Source: Bacillales bacterium (lineage in GTDB: Bacteria; Bacillota_I; Bacilli_A; RFN20; CAG-826). From it: a stretch of 62,020 nt of DNA. A program made the translations under genes and the position numbers. This document shows, piece by piece, positions 53,795 to 62,020 of this stretch (its first letter is position 1; every line of letters begins with the position of its first letter). The stretch lies in the NCBI GenBank assembly GCA_028723545.1, contig JAQYER010000036.1:1-62020 (forward strand), given 5' to 3'. The notes under the pieces were generated by a model. That model was not told where the DNA came from. It did not search any database and saw only the letters and a list, made by a program, of their open reading frames with translations.

Positions 53795-54692
53795 TCACTA
53801 CTTCCACTTTTTTGCCAAAACAGAATACTGCTAAAGTACCTGGACCAGTTGTCGCTCCAATAATTGGTCCTAAAGGAGCAATATAAACTTCTTTAAAGTG
53901 ACATTCATCAATTAATTTTGAACGAACTAATTCAACATCTTCTGGATTAGCGTCAGAATGAACTAAATATGCAATTTGATTTTCAGGATTAATAACTACT
54001 TCTTTAGTCATTGAAATTGTGCGTAATAAACCATTTCTACGACCTTTTTGTTTTTCGATCGCATAATTGTTTCCTTTTGCGTCACTAATTAACATTGGCT
54101 TCACACCAAATAAATTACCAAAGAATGCTTTTGTGGCTTTTACTCTTCCTGCTCTTTTTAAATATTCAAGAGTTTCTAAAGTAGCAACTTGATTACATGT
54201 TAATTTATTTTCTTCTAACCATGAAGAAACTTCATCAACACTTTTTCCTTCTTCTCTTAATTTAGCTGCTTCAATGCATAACATACCTTGTCCAATACAA
54301 GAAATTAATGAATCAACAATAATTAATCGAGCGTTAGGATATTTTTTTGAATATTTTTCATTGTTAAGCTTAATTGCTAATTTAACAGAAGCACTTAAAG
54401 CGCTTGAACATGAAATATATATTACATCTTCCCCTTTTTCTAAATGAGGAATAAAGACACGATCAAATTCTTGTTCTGTGACTTGAGCTGTTCTCATACG
54501 AGTTCCATTTCTCATCAAATCATAATATTCTTTTGGAGAAATTTCTGGCCAATCTAAGTCTGCATAAATTTCTTTTGCATCAACATCGTTTCCTAATGTG
54601 ACAGACATACGAGCATATTCAATATTATATTTAGCTCTTAATTCACCAGTTAGGTCGCAAGTTGAATCTCCGATAATTGCGAATTTATTCAT
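53784..54692 (-). CDS. fakB: DegV-family fatty-acid-binding protein (FakB)
   Basis: 302 aa with the N-terminal IIGDSTCDL motif and a DegV-like length and order. Confidence 0.8.
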   Translation of the reverse strand: MNKFAIIGDSTCDLTGELRAKYNIEYARMSVTLGNDVDAKEIYADLDWPEISPKEYYDLMRNGTRMRTAQVTEQEFDRVFIPHLEKGEDVIYISCSSALSASVKLAIKLNNEKYSKKYPNARLIIVDSLISCIGQGMLCIEAAKLREEGKSVDEVSSWLEENKLTCNQVATLETLEYLKRAGRVKATKAFFGNLFGVKPMLISDAKGNNYAIEKQKGRRNGLLRTISMTKEVVINPENQIAYLVHSDANPEDVELVRSKLIDECHFKEVYIAPLGPIIGATTGPGTLAVFCFGKKVEVVSAE

Positions 54693-54819
54693 ATGTAAAA
54701 TCTCCTTTTTTCGGTGATACCGACGCGTTTACTATAAAACTGGCACTTTATTATGGCAATAATCAAATAATTACACTTGTATTTTATGCGACAAATATGT
54801 TAAAGTGTTGATTATACCT

Positions 54820-55380
54820 ATGGAAGATTTAAGAGTAACTAAGACAAAATTAATAATTAAACAATCTTTCTTAACATTAGTTGAGGAAGTTGGCTTTGAT
54901 AATGTTTATGTTAGTGACATTGCTAAAAGAGCAATGATCAATCGAAATACTTTTTACCTTCATTATGATTCAAAAGAAGATTTAGTCCAAAAAATAGCGA
55001 ATGAATCAATTCTTACTCGTCTATCTAATTTAGATATTGTCGCGACATTTAAATCAAGAAACAAAAGAAAAGTTCTTCAATTCTTCACAAACATTATTGA
55101 CGCAATCGACGATAACTTAGAAATTTATCGTATTTACTTAATTAATCCTTCAATGGCAGGATATTTACAATTATCAGTTAATAAAGTTTATGACTATATA
55201 TTTACCTTTATTAAAAAGACAGTTGTGACAAGATTAGAAATTGAGTATCTTATTTCTGGAATTATTGGTATAGTATCTAAGTGGATTGTTTACGCGATTG
55301 GCACAAAAGAAGAAGTTATCAAAGTTTTAACAGAAATGGCTTTTGCAACAGGTAAACAAATATATTTCTCAATGAGGTAA
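54820..55380 (+). CDS. TetR-family transcriptional regulator
   Basis: The N-terminal HTH segment (F..LVEEVGFDNVYVSDIAKRAMINRNTFYLHY) is typical of TetR. Start taken at ATG 54820 (MEDLRVTKTK). Confidence 0.8.
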   Translation: MEDLRVTKTKLIIKQSFLTLVEEVGFDNVYVSDIAKRAMINRNTFYLHYDSKEDLVQKIANESILTRLSNLDIVATFKSRNKRKVLQFFTNIIDAIDDNLEIYRIYLINPSMAGYLQLSVNKVYDYIFTFIKKTVVTRLEIEYLISGIIGIVSKWIVYAIGTKEEVIKVLTEMAFATGKQIYFSMR

Positions 55381-55386
55381 TTAATT

Positions 55387-56331
55387 ATGACACGAAATTT
55401 CATCAAAGCTCGCGAATACATTGTAGTATTTGCTATTGCGCTCGCTATGATAATAACCGGTTCATTTGTGGATTTAGGTTTTTCTAAAGCTGTTTATAGT
55501 TATACTGAAACAAATTTATTTGGTGTAATTATGTCTGGACTAGCTGAAGCTCCAACATATTTAACTATGTCATTTGCTGGATTATTATTAATAATTTCAT
55601 GCAAGGAATTACCTGCTTTTAAAAAAGTAATCTCTATCATTCTTGGCGCCGCCGCGATAGCGTTTGGAGCGGTAATGACTTTTGATACATTCACAAATAT
55701 TGCCAAATTCTACCGCACTGAAGATTATGAAAAATTAATTATTGCGGTCGGAATTGTGTTTGATGTATTAATGCATGGATTAATCTCCTTGTTTATTTTT
55801 AAAAAATGTTTAAGAAAAAACCGCGATAACATGAGGATGATTGCTATCGCGTTATTATCAATTATTGTTTTAGAGCTACTACTTGCGACGATTTTAAAAT
55901 TTGTTTTCTCTCGTCCACGTCCTCGTTATTTATTAGAAGGTGGAATTGGAGTTGAACAAGAATTCCGTAATTGGTGGGAGCTCCAACCATTTAGATGCAA
56001 TGAATTAGCGGATATTAAAAGCGAAGTGTTAGGTGGAATTCATGTTAGTTCTTCCAACTGGAAATCATGTCCTTCTGGACATACCGCTACCGCTATTGCG
56101 ATGATGTTTATTCTCCCTATCTGTGCATTATTAAATGACGATTGGAAAAACAATAATAAATTTAGAATTGCTTCTATATATATTGGATTATTATGGGGAT
56201 TATTAACTGCGATATCTCGTATTTATGCTGGTGCGCATTTTCTAAGTGACGTCGGCATGGGCTTATTAGTAGGATCATTATCTGGATTATTAGTTCAATT
56301 ATTATTGCCAAAAATATTGAAGACTGAATAA
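55387..56331 (+). CDS. PAP2-family membrane phosphatase
   Basis: Multi-TM protein carrying the three PAP2 motifs K..FSRPRP, PSGH and SRIYAGAHFLSDV. Confidence 0.85.
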   Translation: MTRNFIKAREYIVVFAIALAMIITGSFVDLGFSKAVYSYTETNLFGVIMSGLAEAPTYLTMSFAGLLLIISCKELPAFKKVISIILGAAAIAFGAVMTFDTFTNIAKFYRTEDYEKLIIAVGIVFDVLMHGLISLFIFKKCLRKNRDNMRMIAIALLSIIVLELLLATILKFVFSRPRPRYLLEGGIGVEQEFRNWWELQPFRCNELADIKSEVLGGIHVSSSNWKSCPSGHTATAIAMMFILPICALLNDDWKNNNKFRIASIYIGLLWGLLTAISRIYAGAHFLSDVGMGLLVGSLSGLLVQLLLPKILKTE

Positions 56332-56424
56332 ATAAAAGAAACTCTAACTCTTGTATAAATACAAAAGACTGCGAGTATCAATGCTAAAATGATTGGAAAC
56401 ACATCTATTATTTGTTTTGATGAA

Positions 56425-57354
56425 TTATTTCATCTTAATCCAACACTTTTCTTTTAAGAAATTAACAATATCGCCTTTCTTTGACTCATCTTCGTAATAT
56501 GATACAAGGACTTTTTTATATTCTTTAACTTGTTCTGCGGGCACTACAATTAAACCTAATGCGTGTGATATCAAATAATGGTTTGCAAATATAATTGCAG
56601 TTCTTTTGTTTCCATCTAAGAACAATTGCTTTTTCATGACATATAAAACTAAATCAATTGCGAGATCAATTCCCTTTTCATTATTTAACATATCATATAA
56701 ATCTTGTTTAACTTGGTCTTCGAACGGAATTGGAGGAATATAAGTAGAACCGCCAATAGTAACTGGTACACTTCTTATTCTTCCTGCAGTTAAAGAAAAA
56801 CCATCTTCAACTATTTGATTGATTTGACATAAAACCGCGTAGTTAGTTGGATAATTAGCTAAATCAATTGACATAATGAATTCCCATGCTCTTTTAAGAT
56901 TAATGACTTTGTTGATATCAGAAGCGGTCATATCTTTAACTTTTCCGCCATTAACAATTGTTTCCGTATCGGAATATGTGGTTGCCACACCTTCTAACAT
57001 AGCTTGTTTATAAATAGAATCGACAAGGTATCTTCTAGCTAAATCGATGTTAATGGCAACTTTTTCATCAACACCTTCAGCTTCAATATAGTTGAGTTCC
57101 TTAAGAGTCTTATTGATTTCTTTTAATCTCTTTTTAAGATTCTTGGCTAATTCAGTATTATTCCTAATTAAGTTATATAAAACATCTGAATATTCCCCAG
57201 CATACTTTGTAGTTAATACACCATCTAGGCGATAATGAACATAGATGTATTGTTTTCCATCTTTTTCTCTTAATTCTATTGAACCATATAACAAAGATTT
57301 TAATTGTTCTAATAACTGGTTTTTTTCGCGTAATAATTCATTGATATTTGGCAT
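56425..57354 (-). CDS. Fic/Doc-family protein with degenerate active-site motif
   Basis: Fic-like core (..RSVPVTIGGSTYIPPIP..), but the motif position reads QLFLDGNKRTAI (56602-56628) instead of HxFx(D/E)GN(G/K)RxxR. Confidence 0.6.
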   Translation of the reverse strand: MPNINELLREKNQLLEQLKSLLYGSIELREKDGKQYIYVHYRLDGVLTTKYAGEYSDVLYNLIRNNTELAKNLKKRLKEINKTLKELNYIEAEGVDEKVAINIDLARRYLVDSIYKQAMLEGVATTYSDTETIVNGGKVKDMTASDINKVINLKRAWEFIMSIDLANYPTNYAVLCQINQIVEDGFSLTAGRIRSVPVTIGGSTYIPPIPFEDQVKQDLYDMLNNEKGIDLAIDLVLYVMKKQLFLDGNKRTAIIFANHYLISHALGLIVVPAEQVKEYKKVLVSYYEDESKKGDIVNFLKEKCWIKMK

Positions 57355-57566
57355 AAGTATGCCTCCTGCAAATACATTGTATCACAATATAAATTAGTGT
57401 GAAACAATTTTGGTATTTTTGTTACACACTAGTCAAATGAACACCTTAGAAAGCCTGTTTTTTTACCATATTTTTCTTTTGAGCGAAAAATAGCATAACG
57501 CTATTACATAACTTCTTGATATTAATGGATTATTATATAGTTTTCTTATTAGATCGTCGGCAAGAA

Positions 57567-57724
57567 CTAAAAAAGACCTACCAGTAAGGTAGTAATATAG
57601 CCGTAAAAAGCATCTAATAGTTTGGATTTTCCAGATCTTCTTACACCCATAATTGCTTTTATATCAGGAGTATTAATTACATCTATTAGAGTATTTAGAT
57701 ATTTTTTCTTTCAATTAATTTCAT
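57567..57724 (-). pseudogene. N-terminal fragment of a COG1373-type AAA+ ATPase gene, frameshifted and truncated
   Basis: ATG at 57722-57724 behind an AAGGTGA SD gives MKLIERKNI*. Shifting one frame in the A-run gives ..KYLNTLIDVINTPDIKAIMGVRRSGKSKLLDAF.., which contains a Walker A, and this stops after about 50 codons. Confidence 0.45.
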
Positions 57725-57800
57725 TTTTATCACCTTCGAATACATTGTGTTATATTTCGCAAATTTAAAAAAATCTTATTTTTGCGAAATAAGAAATTAA

Positions 57801-57847
57801 AAAGCACCGCTTAAATTCTTATTATTGAAAGAAATATGAGGTGCTTT
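57801..57847 (-). terminator. terminator-like hairpin downstream of the alpha-galactosidase gene
   Basis: Arms aaagcacc (57801-57808) and ggtgcttt (57840-57847) around a long AT loop, with T-runs on both strands. It may act bidirectionally. Confidence 0.4.
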
Positions 57848-57865
57848 TTTTCTAGGTTATTTTAA

Positions 57866-59962
57866 TTATTTGATTTTAATAATGATGTGTTTTGTGCCAA
57901 TCTTACAATCGTTTTCATAATCGATATTAAGGTCTTCATAAATGCTTTCCTCAATATAATGATTATTTAATTCACAGCCTTTCTTAGTGATATTTTCAAC
58001 AATATATTCTTTATTATCATCAAAGACATTAGGCCATTTGATTTTGATTTTGCCTTCTTCTAAGCGATATAAGAATAAATGACATTCTTCTTCATGAATG
58101 ATAAGTACACCTTTACAAATATTTTTATATCCTAATCGATAAGCTTTTCCAAGTTGGATAGATTCACGATGTTTTTTATAAAAATCAATTTGTTCAATTA
58201 TTTGTTCTTTCTCTTCTTTAGTGAATATTGTTGGATCTAATTCATATCCTAAATTACATGAACAAGAAACGTTGAATCGATCGTTTAATGAAGATGTTCT
58301 TCCAGTCGTGTGGTTTGGTGATTTTGCAACATGGGAAGTAATGACAATTTGAGGAAGCATTGTTAATGTTGAATCTTGAATTAATATTCTTTCTCTTGGG
58401 TCACAATCATCACTAGTCCAGTTTTGAGAGAAATAATAAAACATTCCTAAATCATATCTTCCTCCACCACCAGAGCATCCTTCAAATAAAACATGAGGAT
58501 ATTTATCTAATACTTTATTTAATATTTCATAGAACGATAAGATGTAGCGATGGAAATATTCACTAGTTGGGAAATCTTTTGAATATATTTCGGTCATTTG
58601 ACGATTGTAATCCCATTTAACATAATCAGCATCCGCTTCATCAATGATATTACATATTGTGTTATATACAAATTGTTTAACTTCTTCGTTTGTTAAATCT
58701 AACATTAATTGATTTCTCCACAATGTTGGATTGTGTTTAGGTGTTAACATCGCATATTCTTTATGATTTCGATACAAATCAGAATCTGGATTTACCATTT
58801 CTGGTTCCATCCAAATACCAAATTTTAACCCTAAATCTTTAACTCTTTTTGATAAAACATTTAATCCACCGCCAGTTTTTTCTTTATTTGAATACCAGTC
58901 TCCTAGTCCAGCGCGATCAGAATTTCTTTGACCAAACCACCCATCATCAAGAACAAATAATTCCGCTCCTAATTCTTTGGATGTTTTAGCGATTTCATAA
59001 ATCTTATCAGCAGTAAAATCAAAATAAGTTCCTTCCCAGTTATTTAATAATACTGGTCTTACTTTATTTGACCAATTAGGATTCATTAAATGATTAATAG
59101 TAAAATGATGGAAATGTTGACTCATATCACTTTCATCTAATCCATAACTAAATACCGCTTCTGGTGTGTAAAATTTTTCATTATGTTTTAAAGTCCAATC
59201 AAAAAGGAAATCATTAATTCCAACAATGACGTTCATACGGTTAAAAAATCCAGCCTCATAAGTTGTTTTATGATTTCCTGAATAAATCAAATTAAAGCCA
59301 TATGCGTGATTAGATTTATCTAGCATCATTGTGAATGGGCTATGAAGATGGGAAGAAGAACCAGTAACACTTGAATTAGTTAATAATCCATTTCTTAATT
59401 TAGTTTCAGTTCTTGTTCTTTCATGCGCCCAAGAGCCATTATAAGTAACAACTGTAAAATCGTTTTCATTAATTGGGAATGATAATGAAGATGCTTTTAA
59501 TAAATGGATATCGTTTTCATTATTATTTTCCACAACTGCGTAACAAGAAAAGACATCTGAATCATAATAAGCACAATAAACTAACGTAATTGATATTTGA
59601 TAATTAGAGTCGACATATTTAAAAGATATGCATTGGCTAGGATTTCTTCCGCTAGGCATAATAGGAATATATTTCGTCTCATTTTTATTAACTGAAACAA
59701 ATTTAAATTCATTCGAATATGAGCCATCTTCATTTTTTATAACAAAAGAATATTCGCGGTGTTCAAACCAACCATAATTAGATAATAATGGTCTTAAAAA
59801 AATTACACCACATATATTTTTTTGTTCATCTTTTAAATAGCAGTCTTTAAAATTGTAATCTTTTCCTTTTTTTGGACCAAAATATAAATATTCTGGACCC
59901 ATTATTCCTTTTAAATCAAAGCATAATGTTAAATTTTTTGTGTCGAGTCTAATTCTTTTCAT
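57866..59962 (-). CDS. GH36 alpha-galactosidase
   Basis: FVLDDGWFGQRNSDRAGLGDW, KWDYNR and CSGGGGRYD motifs. ATG 59960-59962 lies 6 nt after an AAGGTG SD; the ORF-track start at 59971 is a GTG inside the SD. Confidence 0.85.
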   Translation of the reverse strand: MKRIRLDTKNLTLCFDLKGIMGPEYLYFGPKKGKDYNFKDCYLKDEQKNICGVIFLRPLLSNYGWFEHREYSFVIKNEDGSYSNEFKFVSVNKNETKYIPIMPSGRNPSQCISFKYVDSNYQISITLVYCAYYDSDVFSCYAVVENNNENDIHLLKASSLSFPINENDFTVVTYNGSWAHERTRTETKLRNGLLTNSSVTGSSSHLHSPFTMMLDKSNHAYGFNLIYSGNHKTTYEAGFFNRMNVIVGINDFLFDWTLKHNEKFYTPEAVFSYGLDESDMSQHFHHFTINHLMNPNWSNKVRPVLLNNWEGTYFDFTADKIYEIAKTSKELGAELFVLDDGWFGQRNSDRAGLGDWYSNKEKTGGGLNVLSKRVKDLGLKFGIWMEPEMVNPDSDLYRNHKEYAMLTPKHNPTLWRNQLMLDLTNEEVKQFVYNTICNIIDEADADYVKWDYNRQMTEIYSKDFPTSEYFHRYILSFYEILNKVLDKYPHVLFEGCSGGGGRYDLGMFYYFSQNWTSDDCDPRERILIQDSTLTMLPQIVITSHVAKSPNHTTGRTSSLNDRFNVSCSCNLGYELDPTIFTKEEKEQIIEQIDFYKKHRESIQLGKAYRLGYKNICKGVLIIHEEECHLFLYRLEEGKIKIKWPNVFDDNKEYIVENITKKGCELNNHYIEESIYEDLNIDYENDCKIGTKHIIIKIK

Positions 59963-59973
59963 ATAAGGCACCT

Positions 59974-61107
59974 TTATTCTTCGTATTCGTTTCTTTTAAT
60001 ATTGACATAATCAGTAAATGAAAATTTTTCAATCAATGATATTTTGTTTGCTGAGAATGTTCTAAAGAAGAAATCCACAATGAGCAATACAAAAGAAACT
60101 AAAACAAAAATTAATACATTAAACCATCCTCCAAGTGGAACAGCTAAAATTGATAATCCAAATGAAAATGTTCCAATTATTCCAACAAGGAAGAACAATT
60201 TAATGTAATTTAAAATAATATTTAAAGATAATGATAAAGCGACATTTTTTGAGTGAATTAGCCTTGTTTTAGTTATTAATCTTCCAAGAGTTAATCCATC
60301 ATTAAAAAATATTTGAGGGAGAGCGAATATTACAATATATGTCAAAGTGAATGTCAGAATTAAAACTAGACATTCAATGCCTGCTAAATCTTTATAAATA
60401 TTTGTATATCTAATATATAAATTATTATAAGGTTCATAATTATTTAAATCAGATAAAGCACTTCGGCTATTATTCGAAAAGAAAGAATATAAATCATTAT
60501 AATAAAGAGATTTTTCGGATATTTTATTTAAATATTGATATAAATCAATCGCCACATCAGATGTTAATGAAGGGATATTGTCATCATGTGTTTCATAGTA
60601 TGTTGCGCAATCACTACCTAAAATAATATCTTCAACAAAATATTGTTTTGGAGTTTTGTTGTTATATTGTTCAATATTAATATTGTTATTATATTTATAA
60701 TTTACATAATAATAACCAAGATAATCATTTTCATATGTTGCCTTATTTGATAAATCATCAATGGCAATTTGCTTTTCATTAAACTTATCTTGATGATATG
60801 AATATGATGTCAAAATATGGCTATTAATATATTCATCAAATAATTTACCTTCAGTATATATTTCTTCTTCACTTACTCTATATGACAATTTTGCTTCTTC
60901 TTGAATGTCATATAATTGACACACAGTTGAAGTTAAATCATTTATTTGTTCTTTAAAATGATTATTGTTTTTTAAAATAGGAATCGATGCGAAATTCACT
61001 AATAAAAAGGAGATAATAAACACAAAAAGTCCATCTAAAAAATTAGATAGAACTTTTTTTGATGGGCTTAATTGATCGTTATTAACATAGGTGTTGTGCT
61101 TAAACAT
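59974..61107 (-). CDS. multi-pass membrane protein, RDD-family-like with a large soluble insert
   Basis: N-terminal TM preceded by K.LSNFLDGLF, a ~200-aa N/Y-rich hydrophilic region, then TM helices containing GLTLGRLITKTRLI, which resembles the RDD 'GqTlGk' segment. Confidence 0.4.
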   Translation of the reverse strand: MFKHNTYVNNDQLSPSKKVLSNFLDGLFVFIISFLLVNFASIPILKNNNHFKEQINDLTSTVCQLYDIQEEAKLSYRVSEEEIYTEGKLFDEYINSHILTSYSYHQDKFNEKQIAIDDLSNKATYENDYLGYYYVNYKYNNNINIEQYNNKTPKQYFVEDIILGSDCATYYETHDDNIPSLTSDVAIDLYQYLNKISEKSLYYNDLYSFFSNNSRSALSDLNNYEPYNNLYIRYTNIYKDLAGIECLVLILTFTLTYIVIFALPQIFFNDGLTLGRLITKTRLIHSKNVALSLSLNIILNYIKLFFLVGIIGTFSFGLSILAVPLGGWFNVLIFVLVSFVLLIVDFFFRTFSANKISLIEKFSFTDYVNIKRNEYEE

Positions 61108-61109
61108 AA

Positions 61110-62020
61110 TTAGTGCTTAACAATAATTGCTTCTCCATTATTTAATCTAGATTCTTCGCTTGCTAAAGCGATTAAATGGCTTTCAACAGAAACATCCAAA
61201 GAAGTTTTGACTGGGTCTTTTCCAATTAAAATACCATATAATTCTTCAATCATTCGTTGGTCCGCTCCGTTATGAGCGCTGCTATGGACATCCGCTAAAT
61301 CAGATACTTTCCAATTTTTAACTTCGTGAGTGCCAAATATTTTTAAAGTAATTAAATCATCATCTTCTCTTAAATATAAGCAACCATGGGTGCCATAAAT
61401 TGTAAAATCACGACCAGAACGATCCATAAAAGCAGTCATTCTTAAATTAGCGACAATTCCATTTTGAAATTTCATAATAACAGCTTGATTATCGACGACG
61501 TTATTGTCGCATTTAAAGACGCATCTTCCATATGGTCCTTTTTCAAGCGCTTCATATACTGCTGCATCGGTATTTGGGTCAGCATCAGTAATCATATTTC
61601 TTCCCCAGAAATGGTCATCGATATAAATCTTTTTCGCGCTGTAAGGGCATGTTTCAACAAATTGGCAAGATAAACAACGATCGCTTGCTCCTTTTGGTTG
61701 ATTTTCTTCTTTAAAGAATGATAATTGGCCAAATGAAGAAACAGTTTCGCATTTAGAAGAAGCAAACCAAGTAATTAAATCTAAATCGTGGCAACATTTA
61801 GCCATAATCATTGGAGATGTTTCGTTATCATTCCTCCAGTTTCCACGAACAAAACTATGAGATTGATGTTGATATTGAACATTTTCAACATCATCAATCA
61901 TAATAATTTTTCCTAAGACACCGCTATCAACGATTTCTTTTAATTTTTCAAAAGCAGGTGCGTATCTTAAAACATGACACACTAATATTTTTCTTTGATA
62001 TTTCTTTTGAGCTTCTAATA
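61110..62020 (-). CDS. Gfo/Idh/MocA-family oxidoreductase, C-terminal part (5' end beyond the right window edge)
   Basis: The frame is open to position 62020 (..LVCHVLRYAPAF...). The C-terminal alpha/beta dimerisation domain is typical of the family, with a Cys-rich insert (CLSCQFVETCPYS). Confidence 0.7.
   Translation of the reverse strand, partial: LEAQKKYQRKILVCHVLRYAPAFEKLKEIVDSGVLGKIIMIDDVENVQYQHQSHSFVRGNWRNDNETSPMIMAKCCHDLDLITWFASSKCETVSSFGQLSFFKEENQPKGASDRCLSCQFVETCPYSAKKIYIDDHFWGRNMITDADPNTDAAVYEALEKGPYGRCVFKCDNNVVDNQAVIMKFQNGIVANLRMTAFMDRSGRDFTIYGTHGCLYLREDDDLITLKIFGTHEVKNWKVSDLADVHSSAHNGADQRMIEELYGILIGKDPVKTSLDVSVESHLIALASEESRLNNGEAIIVKH

Noticed and set aside
1-62020. Search by eye for CRISPR arrays, tRNA/rRNA genes, IS elements or transposases, integrases, prophage or toxin-antitoxin pairs
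   Set aside because: I found no regularly spaced repeats, no tRNA-like cloverleaf regions in the few intergenic spacers, and no transposase or integrase motifs in any ORF. The Fic-like gene has no adjacent small partner ORF, so I make no TA call.

Overview
AT-rich, low-GC Bacillota/Mycoplasmatota-like chromosome segment (Acholeplasma- or Erysipelotrichia-like). It uses the standard genetic code: TGA is a working stop at 4759-4761. Almost every gene lies on the minus strand. About 50 kb is taken up by three consecutive carbohydrate-utilisation operons. Each is led by its own MsmK/MalK-type ABC ATPase, and each encodes Cys-lipobox lipoproteins plus surface proteins held by a C-terminal TM helix rather than LPXTG. 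Locus A (18069->2671) has a LacI regulator, an LplABC-type importer, a nucleoside-hydrolase-fold protein, a ribokinase, three paralogous beta-propeller lipoproteins and a large repeat protein; its substrate is unknown. Locus B (33430->20084) has an AraC regulator, an ABC importer, DUF2961/GH172, two DUF4185/GH183-like proteins, a CBM-rich anchor protein, a single-domain arabinose-5-phosphate isomerase and a ribokinase-family kinase. I read it as a candidate D-arabinofuranan (alpha-D-furanoside) utilisation system with a possible new kinase-plus-isomerase route into the pentose-phosphate pathway. Locus C (51864->33700) is a fructan locus with three GH32 enzymes, one carrying WMNEPH in place of WMNDPN, non-catalytic repeat proteins, a LacI regulator, an ABC importer and a fructokinase. 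The flanks carry xylA (partial), rlmCD, fakB-fakA, TetR-PAP2, a Fic/Doc-like protein with a degenerate active-site motif, an AAA-ATPase gene remnant, GH36 alpha-galactosidase, an RDD-like membrane protein and a partial Gfo/Idh/MocA oxidoreductase. By eye I found no rRNA, tRNA, CRISPR array, transposase or integrase. All family calls come from motif recognition by eye and need HMM confirmation.
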